64,000 nt of DNA, taken from assembly GCA_965237415.1 (NCBI GenBank), contig CBDEFM010000001.1:416001-480000 (forward strand), in the 5' to 3' direction. Origin of the DNA: Alphaproteobacteria bacterium. GTDB lineage: Bacteria > Pseudomonadota > Alphaproteobacteria > UBA828. The notes beneath the pieces were generated by a model. The model was not told the DNA's origin. It saw nothing but the letters and a program-made list of their open reading frames with translations, and ran no database searches. Shown one piece after another: positions 51,536 through 61,236 of the stretch (the stretch's first letter is position 1; each line of letters opens with the position of its first letter). Made by a program: the position numbers and the translations under genes.

Positions 51536-52978
51536 ATGAGGCTTCCACTGGTATGTCTCGGCGCGGCGGCGGCACTCACGCTGGCGGCATGCGACGACCG
51601 AGCGACCGACATGTCGGTTCCGGTTATCCCCGACCTGCCGCTGCAAACGCCGCTTCACGCGCGCCAGGCGCCGATCGTGCCGCTCCAGAGGACCATTCAT
51701 GTCGGCGCCGATGTTGCAGCACGGGCCGACGCGCTGCTGCAGGCCGCCCTTCACGGCGAGATCAGGGTTTCTTACGGCTCGGTGCAGGATGGCATCGGCG
51801 CCGCCGAAGTGATTGCCTACCTGGAAGCGGACGCCGCCTCGTTCCTGGACGTGCAAGACCAGGACGACGACCCTGCGTCCATGGTGGAATTTCCCGGCGG
51901 CCTGTTCCTGCGCTTCGGCGCCGTGCCGCCGACGGTACGCTTGGCGGACGGCACTCCGCCGGCGCTGGTCGACGAAACGATTCGCGCGGTTCAGGCGATC
52001 AACGCGGCCCTGCCCGTAGACTGGCAGCTGGAGGTCAACCGCGACCCTGCGCCTGCCGGCACCGTCACCCCCTCAGACGGCGAAATCCTCGTCGTATTCG
52101 CGCGGGAGGAGGACTGGTCTCAAGAGGCCGCGCCGCCAATCGACGAGAACATCGGGCTGGCGGAACCGCTCTTCGCGGTGGTGCCGACCGGGGACCCGGA
52201 CGCGCCGTTCAGGATCGAGATCGGAGGCGGTCGGGTCTTCGTGGACCATACCCGAACCAAGGGGCTTGAGCGGCTGGGCGTCATCGCGCACGAGCTCATT
52301 CACCTGCTCGGCCGCGGCCATGTGGATGCAGATCGCTTCCCGAGAACGATCATGGTCGGGGGCGGCAGCGAGGAGCTCTCGGCGCACATCCTTCACCCTC
52401 TCGATCGAGAGGCCCTCCTCGCGGTGTATGGCCATCTTGAGCCAGGGACCGCGCCAGGACGTATCGCAGACGAGTTGGGAGACTGGTCCGACACCTCGCT
52501 GCACGCGCGCGGCGCGATCGACATCGAGGACGGCGAAATCTCTTTCGGCGCCGCGCTCAGGAACGGCCTGTCTCAGCCCTGGGCGTCCGGGCCATCGCCG
52601 CACACAAATCTTGAGGACAACACCGCACTCTCGGGCACCGTCTCCTGGGCCGGCCGTCTGCTCGGCCTCACGCCCGACGCCGAGGCGGTCGCCGGTGCCG
52701 CCGATCTCTCCCTCGACCTGACGAAGCTGACAGGTTGGGTCGAGTTTGCGGGGCTCGAACAGTGGGCGGCCAATGCAGCGCCGGGCGCGCTCGGGACCGG
52801 TGCAACCTGGAACGACGGCGACCTGCGTTACGGCATCGAAGTCCGCGGCAACACCTTCGTGCAGACCGGCGGCGATGCCGGCACCGTGACGGGCGCGTTC
52901 TTCGGCCCGGCTCACGAAGGCATGGGCGGTGTCCTCGAACGCGATGATTTGAGCGCCGGGTTCGGCGGCAAACGGTAG
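51536..52978 (+). CDS. Lipoprotein with metzincin zinc-protease motif and C-terminal TbpB-like barrel
   Basis: GAGGAG RBS, lipobox LAAC, HELIHLLGRGH, TIM Met-turn, GTVTGAFFGPAHEGMGGVL...FGGKR. Confidence 0.75.
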   Translation: MRLPLVCLGAAAALTLAACDDRATDMSVPVIPDLPLQTPLHARQAPIVPLQRTIHVGADVAARADALLQAALHGEIRVSYGSVQDGIGAAEVIAYLEADAASFLDVQDQDDDPASMVEFPGGLFLRFGAVPPTVRLADGTPPALVDETIRAVQAINAALPVDWQLEVNRDPAPAGTVTPSDGEILVVFAREEDWSQEAAPPIDENIGLAEPLFAVVPTGDPDAPFRIEIGGGRVFVDHTRTKGLERLGVIAHELIHLLGRGHVDADRFPRTIMVGGGSEELSAHILHPLDREALLAVYGHLEPGTAPGRIADELGDWSDTSLHARGAIDIEDGEISFGAALRNGLSQPWASGPSPHTNLEDNTALSGTVSWAGRLLGLTPDAEAVAGAADLSLDLTKLTGWVEFAGLEQWAANAAPGALGTGATWNDGDLRYGIEVRGNTFVQTGGDAGTVTGAFFGPAHEGMGGVLERDDLSAGFGGKR

Positions 52979-52983
52979 CGTGA

Positions 52984-53457
52984 CTACCCGGTCTGGTCGG
53001 CCCAGCCCTCGCCGTGCGCGGCCAGGAACTTGCCCTCGACCTTGATGTGGGTGAACAGCCACTTGCCGTCGCGCTTCACCAGGTAATCGTCATATTCGGC
53101 GGCGAACCAGCGGGCCTCCTTGCGGCCGTCGACCATCATGGTGCACCACATGATCAGACACCATTTCGCATTCGCCGTGTCGCCGTCGAGCGTGATGATG
53201 GGGTTCATCACCGGGTGGATTGCGAAGACGATCTCGTCCTTGATGCCGACGAAGAATTCCCTGATCGCCGCCTTGCCCTCGTAGCGGCCGAAGTCGCCGC
53301 CATCCCAGATGGCGTCCTCGACGAAGAGGCTCGCCATGCCATCAGGGTCGTAGCCGTGATCGGCGTAGTAGCAGTACTGCGACTTCATCTGCTTGATGTC
53401 TTCGATCGCGGTGAGCCTCGCGACCTGTTGCTCCAGAGTCGGTTCAGCCATCGTCAT
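52984..53457 (-). CDS. SnoaL-like/NTF2 family protein
   Basis: IEDIKQMKSQYCYYAD, LFVEDAIWD, Y.D.LVKRDGKWLF. Confidence 0.85.
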   Translation of the reverse strand: MTMAEPTLEQQVARLTAIEDIKQMKSQYCYYADHGYDPDGMASLFVEDAIWDGGDFGRYEGKAAIREFFVGIKDEIVFAIHPVMNPIITLDGDTANAKWCLIMWCTMMVDGRKEARWFAAEYDDYLVKRDGKWLFTHIKVEGKFLAAHGEGWADQTG

Positions 53458-53511
53458 CCTCCCTGTGAGGCGCGGCCCGCGCGGCCCGCGCCGTGTTGTG
53501 TCGCGCGCCCG

Positions 53512-53955
53512 TCAGGGCGCCGGGTCCCCGCCGCCGTCGAACGCCTGCAGCTTCGCCACCAGCTCCTTAGGCAGCGGCGCCGGGCGGTGCGTCGTCTGAT
53601 CGGTGTTGACCCACACCACCTCGCCCGAGGCGAGGCGTTCGTCCTGCCCCTTCGGATGGATTTCCAAGCCGAAGGTGAGACTCGAGCGACCGATCCGCTG
53701 TGTGCGCACGCCGACCTCGATCTCATCGTCGAAGCGGATCGGCGCGTAGTACTCAACCAGCGTCTTGACCGTGTGATAGTCCTCGCCTGTGCGCTCCACC
53801 TGCCCCTGGTAGTCGTAGGGCAGCACGCGAAAAAACTCGGTGATCGCCGTATCGAAATAGGTGAGGTAGTGGGCGTTGAAGACGATCATCTGCCCATCGA
53901 CCTCCGCATACCTCACGCGGAACGGGAAGAAGAATGAAAAGTCCGATCTTGCCAT
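53512..53955 (-). CDS. Acyl-CoA thioesterase (4HBT/YbgC family)
   Basis: RVRYAEVDGQMIVFNAHYLTYFD. Confidence 0.9.
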   Translation of the reverse strand: MARSDFSFFFPFRVRYAEVDGQMIVFNAHYLTYFDTAITEFFRVLPYDYQGQVERTGEDYHTVKTLVEYYAPIRFDDEIEVGVRTQRIGRSSLTFGLEIHPKGQDERLASGEVVWVNTDQTTHRPAPLPKELVAKLQAFDGGGDPAP

Positions 53956-54213
53956 TCGAGATTCTCTGTTCGATCACCGTGCATTCGCGTCGTCGGTCGG
54001 CAGACTGCCGCTCCGCCGCCCGCCGCCGCGCCGCAAGCAGCCGTTGGCCTGGACTGCCTTGTGCGGAGCGGTCATCCTCGCGCCCCCGCAGCGCCGGGAG
54101 ACGCCGAGGCCGGGAGGATATGCCAACACCGCCCCATTCACATAGACCGGAGCCACCGATGGCTGCGGGCCGCCGCATGATCCGGTCTCCGGATTCGCTG
54201 GCCTGAGAGCGCC

Positions 54214-54981
54214 ATGTCCCCCCTCTTCGACCTCACCGGCAAGTGCGCCGTCGTCACCGGCTCGACTAAGGGGATCGGCAAGGCCATCGCGCGCGCGCTC
54301 GCCCAGCATGGCGCGCAGGTCGTCGTTTCCAGCCGGGATGCAGGCCGGGTCGAGGCGACGGAGCGGGAGCTGCGCGACGAGGGACTCGCCGTGCTGGGCC
54401 TCACGTGCAACGTGGGGCGCAAGGAGGAACTCGAGCACCTGATCGAGGAAAGCCGCCGGGCCTTGGGACACATCGACATCGTCGTCGGCAACGCCGCCAT
54501 CAACCCGCACTACGGCTCGTTCGCGGACATCCCGGACCACACCTTCGCCAAGATCATGGCGACCAACGTGCAATCCAACCTCTGGCTCGCGCAGATGGTC
54601 GCGGCCGAGATGCGGGAGCGGAAGGACGGCGCGATCATCTACGTGTCGTCGATCGGGGGCCAGATCGGCTCCGACGTGATCGGCGCCTATTGCATCTCCA
54701 AGGCCGCCGACTTCCAGCTCGTGCGCAATCTTGCCGTGGAGCTCGGGCCGCACAACATCCGGGTCAACGCCATTACGCCCGGCCTCGTGCGAACGGATTT
54801 TGCGCGAGCGCTGTTGGAGGACGAGGAACGCGCGGCGGATCGGATCGCCCGAACGCCGCTCAGGCGGCTCGGCGAGCCCGAGGACATCGCAGGAATCGCG
54901 GTCTACCTGGCCTCGGACGCCGGCCGCTGGACCACCGGCCAAAGCTTCGTCGTGGACGGCGGCGTGTCGATCGCAGGATAG
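54214..54981 (+). CDS. Short-chain dehydrogenase/reductase (DHRS4-like)
   Basis: TGSTKGIG, NAAINP, YCISK. Confidence 0.92.
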   Translation: MSPLFDLTGKCAVVTGSTKGIGKAIARALAQHGAQVVVSSRDAGRVEATERELRDEGLAVLGLTCNVGRKEELEHLIEESRRALGHIDIVVGNAAINPHYGSFADIPDHTFAKIMATNVQSNLWLAQMVAAEMRERKDGAIIYVSSIGGQIGSDVIGAYCISKAADFQLVRNLAVELGPHNIRVNAITPGLVRTDFARALLEDEERAADRIARTPLRRLGEPEDIAGIAVYLASDAGRWTTGQSFVVDGGVSIAG

Positions 54982-54995
54982 GCGACGCGCGCGGG

Positions 54996-55928
54996 TTAGT
55001 GACGAAGCGCGGCCACGATCTCGTGGCCATCGGCGACAAGGCGCTGCCCGATCGCGGCGATATGGCCGGGCCCGATCTCGCAGCAGCCGCCGACAATCCG
55101 GGCGCCTGCGGCAACCCAGTCCATGGCGTGGCCCGCATAGGCTGCCGGGCCCAGATCGTCACGCGCCTCCAGCGCCTCCACGGTTCCGCCCGGTTGCATG
55201 GCGCCTATGGAGACGAATCCGTTGGCATAGGCGCCGAACGGGACTCCAACGCCGGCCAACAGCGGCAGGGCGGCAGTCACCGCCTCGGGGCTCGAGCAGT
55301 TGATCAGTACCGCCTCGGCACCCGCGTCCACGGCCGCTTGCGCGCCTGCGGCAACCCCCTCGCCCGAGCGCAGCAGAGTGCCGTCGGCATCGTTTACCGA
55401 GAGGGCCGTCCAGACCGGCTTGCCGCTCTCGCCCGCCGCAACGGTCGCTGCGCGCGCTTCCGCCGCGGACAGCATGGTCTCGCACAGGAACAAGTCGACA
55501 TGATCTGCCTGCACGGAGACAATCCTGCGGTAGTTAGCGAGGCATTCGTCTTCGGGCGGCGTCAGGTCCGCCCGGTAGCTCCCGACCAGCGGCGGCAAAC
55601 AGCCGGCGATCCTGATGGCCTGTCCGCTCTTCTCGCGGGCGGATGTCGCTGCGGTGAGGGCGGCGCAATGCAATGTCTTGAACATGTCGGCCTTGCCGTC
55701 ACGGGTAAGCCTGTGCGGCGTCGCCGTGTAGGTGTTCGCCGTGATGATCCGCGCTCCGGCCTCGATGAAGTCGAGGTGCACGGCCTCAACGAGGTCCGGC
55801 TCGTCCATCATGACTTGAACGGACCAGAGCGGCGCCGCGGGGCGCGTGCTTCGCCTGTAGAGTTCCTGACCCACACCGCCGTCGAGGAGGACGATATCCG
55901 TGCCCGCGGCCGAAGTCGTCTCGGTCAT
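54996..55928 (-). CDS. Homocysteine S-methyltransferase family protein
   Basis: LLDGGVGQEL, INCS, GGCC zinc motif. Confidence 0.9.
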   Translation of the reverse strand: MTETTSAAGTDIVLLDGGVGQELYRRSTRPAAPLWSVQVMMDEPDLVEAVHLDFIEAGARIITANTYTATPHRLTRDGKADMFKTLHCAALTAATSAREKSGQAIRIAGCLPPLVGSYRADLTPPEDECLANYRRIVSVQADHVDLFLCETMLSAAEARAATVAAGESGKPVWTALSVNDADGTLLRSGEGVAAGAQAAVDAGAEAVLINCSSPEAVTAALPLLAGVGVPFGAYANGFVSIGAMQPGGTVEALEARDDLGPAAYAGHAMDWVAAGARIVGGCCEIGPGHIAAIGQRLVADGHEIVAALRH

Positions 55929-56122
55929 GCTTGCGCTCCACCTGCGGGCCTGCACGCATTCTCGCGGCGCCCGCACACGGGTTTTCCTCACCGCGCGATG
56001 ATAGCGACGGGCGTCTCGCGGAAACAGACCCGCGCGGCCGATCGGCCGGCCCGAGCGCTGGCAGCCGCCCCTGCCGCGTGCGAGACTCCGCGCATCCACT
56101 CCCCACCCTTCCACATCGGCAG

Positions 56123-57106
56123 ATGACAGCCATGGACTCATTGAACAGTCGCTTCACCGTCCGCAAAGGAGACTTCGACCGACCGGTGCTCGTCACCGGC
56201 TCGAGCGGGTGCATCGGGAGCTGGGCGCTTGCGATCCTCGTGCGCGCAGGCGTGCCCGCCGTCTCTTTCGACCTCGATACGAGCCGCCGACGGCCGGGCC
56301 TGTTGATGTCGGAGGAAGAACTCGCACAGGTAACCTGGATCGAGGGCGACATCGCCGATGCCGAGGCCGTCGACCGGGCCGTGGCGGAGAACGGGGTCGG
56401 TGCGATCCTCCATCTCGCCGCCTTGCAGGTGCCCTTCTGCCGCGCGGACCCCGTCGCGGGTGCTCGCGTCAACGTGGTGGGCACGGTGGCGGTTTTCGAG
56501 GCAGCGCGTCGCCACGGCGTGCGCCGCCTCGTCTACGCAAGCTCCATCGCCGCGCACGGCGCGCCGGCGGAGAGCCCCTACGCCTCCACTCTCTACGGCG
56601 CGTACAAGGCCTGCGACGAAGCGATCGCCCGGACCTATTGGCAGGACTGGGCGGTGCCCAGCATCGGGCTTCGCCCGGGCATCGTCTACGGAGTCGGCCG
56701 CGACCAGGGCATGACCTCGAAGACCACCATCGCGATCCTCGCGGCGGCGGCCGGGCGGGAATACGAGGTGCCCTTCACCGGCGCCGTGTCGTATCTCTAC
56801 GCGGGCGAGGTCGCGTCGGCGTTCCTGCAGGCCGTGTCGCGGGACGGCGACGGCGCGCCTGCCTTCGACTGCAATGGAACGGTCGTGCCGGTCGAGGACG
56901 CACTGGAGGTCCTACGGCGCCTCGCACCGGGCGCGCATGTGTGCGCAGGCGGCGAGCCGCTGCCCTTCCCAATGGAGGACCGGGATGCGCTCCTGCGCGC
57001 GCACATTGGCGAATACGGCGCGATCTCCCTCGAAGAGGGCACGGCCGAGACCTACCGGGCGTTCCAGGTCCTGCTTCAGGACGGGCGGGTGTCGGCCGAC
57101 TTCTGA
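56123..57106 (+). CDS. NAD-dependent epimerase/dehydratase
   Basis: VTGSSGCIG, HLAALQ, YGAYK. Confidence 0.88.
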   Translation: MTAMDSLNSRFTVRKGDFDRPVLVTGSSGCIGSWALAILVRAGVPAVSFDLDTSRRRPGLLMSEEELAQVTWIEGDIADAEAVDRAVAENGVGAILHLAALQVPFCRADPVAGARVNVVGTVAVFEAARRHGVRRLVYASSIAAHGAPAESPYASTLYGAYKACDEAIARTYWQDWAVPSIGLRPGIVYGVGRDQGMTSKTTIAILAAAAGREYEVPFTGAVSYLYAGEVASAFLQAVSRDGDGAPAFDCNGTVVPVEDALEVLRRLAPGAHVCAGGEPLPFPMEDRDALLRAHIGEYGAISLEEGTAETYRAFQVLLQDGRVSADF

Positions 57107-57168
57107 CCCCGTGCTTACTCGGCCTCGAATGCGGCGATGATCGCGGAGCCGTCGGCGCCGGCCGCCTG

Positions 57169-59232
57169 TCACAGGTCGAGCGCGCTCACCGTGTCGGCGC
57201 GGGCCTGGATGAAGGCGAGGCGGGATTCGGGGCGTCGGCCCATCAGCTCCTCGACCCGGCGTGCCGTGGCCGCGCCCGCGTCTTCCGCGATTTCGACGCG
57301 CAGCAGCGTGCGCCGCGCCGGGTCCATCGTCGTTTCCTTGAGCTGGGCCGACGGCATTTCGCCCAGCCCCTTGAAGCGGCTGGTCTCGACCTTGCCGGCA
57401 CCGGCGAAGTCGCTGGCAAGCAGCCGCTCCCGGTCGGCATCGTCGCGCGCATAGCGCGTGGTGCCGCCACGCGCGAGCCGATAGAGCGGCGGCTGCGCCA
57501 GGAAGAGGTGTCCGCCGTCGATGAGGCCCGGCATCTGCCGGTAGAAGAACGTCATCAAGAGCGCAGCGATATGGGCGCCGTCCACATCCGCATCGGTCAT
57601 GATGACGACGCGCTCGTAGCGGAGCGCGCTTGCATCGAAGCGGGCACCGGTCCCGCAGCCGAGCGCCTGGACCAGATCGTCGAGCTCCTTGTTGCCGCGC
57701 AGCTTATCGGCGCTGGCACTGGCGACGTTGAGGATCTTGCCGCGCAGCGGCAGCACCGCTTGGGTCTCGCGGTTGCGCGCCTGCTTGGCGGAGCCGCCCG
57801 CGGAATCGCCCTCGACGAGGAAGATCTCGGTGCCATTCGCCGCCCCGCGCGCGCAATCGGCGAGCTTGCCCGGCAGTCGGGTCTTACGGGCCGCGCGCTT
57901 GCGGGCGACTTCGCGGTCCTTCCGGCGCCTCAGACGCTCCTCGGCGCGCTCGACGACGCGGTCTAGCAGCAGGTTGGCGGCAGCCGGATCGGCCGACAAC
58001 CAATGGTCGAAATGATCGCCCAGCGCGCTCTCGACCATGCGTCCGGCTTCGGGCGAGGTCAGACGCTCCTTGGTCTGCCCCTGGAACTGCGGCTCGCGCA
58101 GAAAGACGGAGAGGAGCGCGCAGGCGCCGCCGACGACATCCTCGGCGTTGAGCTGGGCGGCGCGCTTGTTTCCCACGAGCGCGCCGTAGGCCCTGAGACC
58201 GCGCACCAGCGCGGTGCGCATGCCTGCCTCGTGGCTACCGCCCAAGCTGGTGGGGACCGTGTTGCAGTGGGAGGCGACAAAGCCCTCCTCGTCCTCCGGC
58301 CAGGCGAACGCCCACTCGACCCGGCCGGAGTCGCCGTTGAGCGTGCCCTGGCCGGCGAAGGGAGCCGGTGTCAGCGTGTGGCACTTACCGAGGACGGCGG
58401 ACAGATAGTCGACCAGGCCGCCCGGATAGTGCAGGACCGCTTTCTCCGGCGCCGCGCCGGCGCCTGCGAGCAGCGCTGCATCGCAGGACCAGCGGATCTC
58501 GACGCCACGGTGGAGGTAGGCCCTCGTCCGCGCCATCTCGTAGAGCGGCTCCGGCTGAAAGCGTAGCGCTTCGCCAAAGATCTTGGAATCGGGGCGGAAA
58601 CGCACGAGCGTGCCGCGCCGGTTGGTCACGGGGCCGGCGTCCTCGAGCGGGCCTTTCGGGCGACCACGCGCGTAAGCCTGCCGCCACAGCCGCTTGTCGC
58701 GCGCCACCTCGACCGTCAGCGCCTCGGAGAGCGCGTTGACCACCGAGAGGCCGACGCCGTGCACCCCTCCCGATGTCGCATACACCTTGTCGCCGAACTT
58801 CCCGCCGGAGTGCAGCGTGGTCAGGATCACTTCCAGCGCCGAGACATTCTTGTATTTCGGATGCGGATCGACCGGGATGCCCCGGCCGTTGTCCCTGACC
58901 GACGCCGAGCCGTCGTCGTGGAGCATGATCTCGATCCGGCTCGCGTGGCCGGCGATCGCCTCGTCCATCGCATTGTCGAGCAGTTCGGCGACGAGGTGAT
59001 GCAGCGCCCGCTGATCGGTGCCGCCGATGAACATGCCGGGCCGGCGGCGCACCGGCTCCAACCCCTCCAGTATCTCGATGTCGTGCGCCGTGTAGTCGCC
59101 ATTACCGGGCGGCGCAGGCTGGGGCGCCTGCCGTCGCCGGCGACCCACGCGCGGTGTCTTGCGCGCCGCTTTGGCTTTCTTGGCAGGGGCGCTCTCGTCG
59201 AGCCCTTCGAAGAGATCGAGGGTATCGGCCAT
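57169..59232 (-). CDS. parE: DNA topoisomerase IV subunit B
   Basis: EGLEPVRRRPGM, ELLDNAMDE, EGDSAGGSAKQAR, PLRGKILNV, MTDADVDG, FKGLGEM; no GyrB insertion. Confidence 0.95.
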   Translation of the reverse strand: MADTLDLFEGLDESAPAKKAKAARKTPRVGRRRRQAPQPAPPGNGDYTAHDIEILEGLEPVRRRPGMFIGGTDQRALHHLVAELLDNAMDEAIAGHASRIEIMLHDDGSASVRDNGRGIPVDPHPKYKNVSALEVILTTLHSGGKFGDKVYATSGGVHGVGLSVVNALSEALTVEVARDKRLWRQAYARGRPKGPLEDAGPVTNRRGTLVRFRPDSKIFGEALRFQPEPLYEMARTRAYLHRGVEIRWSCDAALLAGAGAAPEKAVLHYPGGLVDYLSAVLGKCHTLTPAPFAGQGTLNGDSGRVEWAFAWPEDEEGFVASHCNTVPTSLGGSHEAGMRTALVRGLRAYGALVGNKRAAQLNAEDVVGGACALLSVFLREPQFQGQTKERLTSPEAGRMVESALGDHFDHWLSADPAAANLLLDRVVERAEERLRRRKDREVARKRAARKTRLPGKLADCARGAANGTEIFLVEGDSAGGSAKQARNRETQAVLPLRGKILNVASASADKLRGNKELDDLVQALGCGTGARFDASALRYERVVIMTDADVDGAHIAALLMTFFYRQMPGLIDGGHLFLAQPPLYRLARGGTTRYARDDADRERLLASDFAGAGKVETSRFKGLGEMPSAQLKETTMDPARRTLLRVEIAEDAGAATARRVEELMGRRPESRLAFIQARADTVSALDL

Positions 59233-59392
59233 GAGGTTCAGTTGGTCCGGCAATCGCGTGGACACACCGACGCCCAATATAGGGAGGCGTAGGGTGCCTG
59301 CCAACGATCCTTCGACATGTTGTGGGTAGGCGGTACTCCTCTACCACAAGTCGTTGCTTGCGGCCCCATCCGGCAATCCCAATGTTGGCTGC

Positions 59393-59880
59393 GTGCGCCT
59401 CTGGAGCCTCCATCCACAGTATCTCGATGCCAAGGGGCTGGTCGCGCTGTGGCGGGAAGCCCTGCTCGCCCAAGCTGTGCTGAGCGGCAAGACCGCGGGA
59501 TACCGGCACCATCCCCAACTGCACCGCTTCCGGGCGCAGCCATCGCCTCTCTGCGCCATCGCCGCCTATCTCGCGCGGTGCACGCCGAGGCTGTGGTGCG
59601 CGGCTACCGCTTCGATGCCGGCCAGATCAGTGCCGACCGCACCGCTCCCCGGATCGCTGTGACGCGCGGTCAGCTCGACTTCGAGTGGCGCCACCTGATG
59701 GCGAAGCTGGAGGCGCGGGCGCCTGAACGGTGGCGGACGATGAGGGCATCCGACGCCGTGGAGCCGCACCCGCTGTTCCGAATGGTCCCCGGCGAGGTCG
59801 CAGGCTGGGAGCGACAATGGCGCCGCTCCCCTCACCCGGATGGCTCGTCGAGGCCCTCCTTCGTCTCCGCGAGTACCTGA
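59393..59880 (+). pseudogene. Pyrimidine-dimer DNA glycosylase/endonuclease V family gene, frameshifted
   Basis: RLWSLHPQYLDAKGLVALWREALLAQAVL...GYRHHPQL, then a frame change near 59575 to AVHAEA..RGYRFD..HPLF..GWE. Confidence 0.8.
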
Positions 59881-61001
59881 TCCACCACCTGGTGCAACGC
59901 CTCCTCCCGCGAGTCTCCCTCCAGAAGGCGCAAGCGGTAGAGATCGACCTGGCGGTCTGCGCTGGTCCCCTCCCTGATGATGGCGAGCGCGTGGCCGATC
60001 TCGGCCTCGCAGCCGAGCGCGCGCGCATCGTCCGCGAGCTCCTCCACCAGCTCCGCCGCGTAGTCGTCGATATCCACCCGCCCGTCGCCCGCGCTCCTGT
60101 CGCCGAAGAAGGCGAGCACCCCGTAGCGCTGGGCGATCCAGCGATCCTGGGCGATGAGCTCGGTGAGCGGCTCTGGCGGCAGCGCGCCGTCGCGGTCGAG
60201 GCGCGAAAGCCAGCGGATGAGGGCGGCGTAGAGCGCCGCGATGCTCACCGCGTCCTCCAGGCGCGTACAGACGTCGCAGATTCGCAGCTCGATGGTTGGG
60301 AATGCGCTGGCCGGGCGAATGTCCCACCAAAGCTCTCTGGCATCTCCGATGTATTCCATGCGCCGATATTCGGCGACGAGCCGCTCGTACTCGGCCCGGG
60401 AGTGCAGCGGGCCGGGCAGGCCGGTGCGCGGCAAGGCGCCCATCACGGTGAGACGAAATGACTTGAACCCGGTCTCATGCCCGCCGTTGAGCGGCGAGGA
60501 AGTGGAGAGCGCATGCAGCAGCGGCAGGTAGCGCCTGAGCGCAGTCATGACCCGAATGCGCGAGTCTTCATCGCCGAAGCCCGCGTGAATGTGCATGCCG
60601 CTAACGAGGGTGCGACGCACGGTCTCCTGGTACGTGGAGGCGAACCGCCTGTAGCGCTCCCCGGGCGTGAGCGCCTGCTCCCGCCACGAGGCGAAAGGAT
60701 GGGTGGAGGCGGCCATCACCTGGGCGCCGTGCCATTCAGCCGCCTCGATGACGAGCCGCCGGGTCTCGCGCAGCGCCTGGCGCACCTCCGCCACCCCGCT
60801 GCACACCCGCGTGTTGGTCTCGATCTGGGAGCGGAGGAACTCGTGCACCACCTTGTGGGGGCCACTATTCGCCTCGCACGTCTCGAAGATTCTTTCGTCG
60901 GGATCGGCGAGGAGATCGCGGGTATCGGCGTCGACGAGAAAGAATTCCTCCTCGACCCCGAGTGTGATCCCGAGGCCATCGCCGGTGTCGGCGGGATTCA
61001 T
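59832..61001 (-). CDS. YbdK-like carboxylate-amine (glutamate-cysteine) ligase
   Basis: LGVEEEF, EFLRSQIE, GMHIH, LWWDIRP, TIELRICD. Confidence 0.92.
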   Translation of the reverse strand: MNPADTGDGLGITLGVEEEFFLVDADTRDLLADPDERIFETCEANSGPHKVVHEFLRSQIETNTRVCSGVAEVRQALRETRRLVIEAAEWHGAQVMAASTHPFASWREQALTPGERYRRFASTYQETVRRTLVSGMHIHAGFGDEDSRIRVMTALRRYLPLLHALSTSSPLNGGHETGFKSFRLTVMGALPRTGLPGPLHSRAEYERLVAEYRRMEYIGDARELWWDIRPASAFPTIELRICDVCTRLEDAVSIAALYAALIRWLSRLDRDGALPPEPLTELIAQDRWIAQRYGVLAFFGDRSAGDGRVDIDDYAAELVEELADDARALGCEAEIGHALAIIREGTSADRQVDLYRLRLLEGDSREEALHQVVDQVLAETKEGLDEPSG

Positions 61002-61236
61002 GGCCCGCCCGCGGCATCTGGCCGCGCCGTCCTGTGACTCGTCATCGCCAAGACCTCGTCATCGCATATCGCGTCATTGCGACCGAGGATCACGCCGGGC
61101 CGTCCGTCGCGTAAGACAGCCTGGGGAAGCCTGCACCGGCGTGGGATGCCCCTCGCTTGCCGGTATACTGTATCTTGCCTTGCGGGGCCGCGCGCGCTCC
61201 GCCTGACGGGAACGACACAACAGCGAAGAGAGACCG

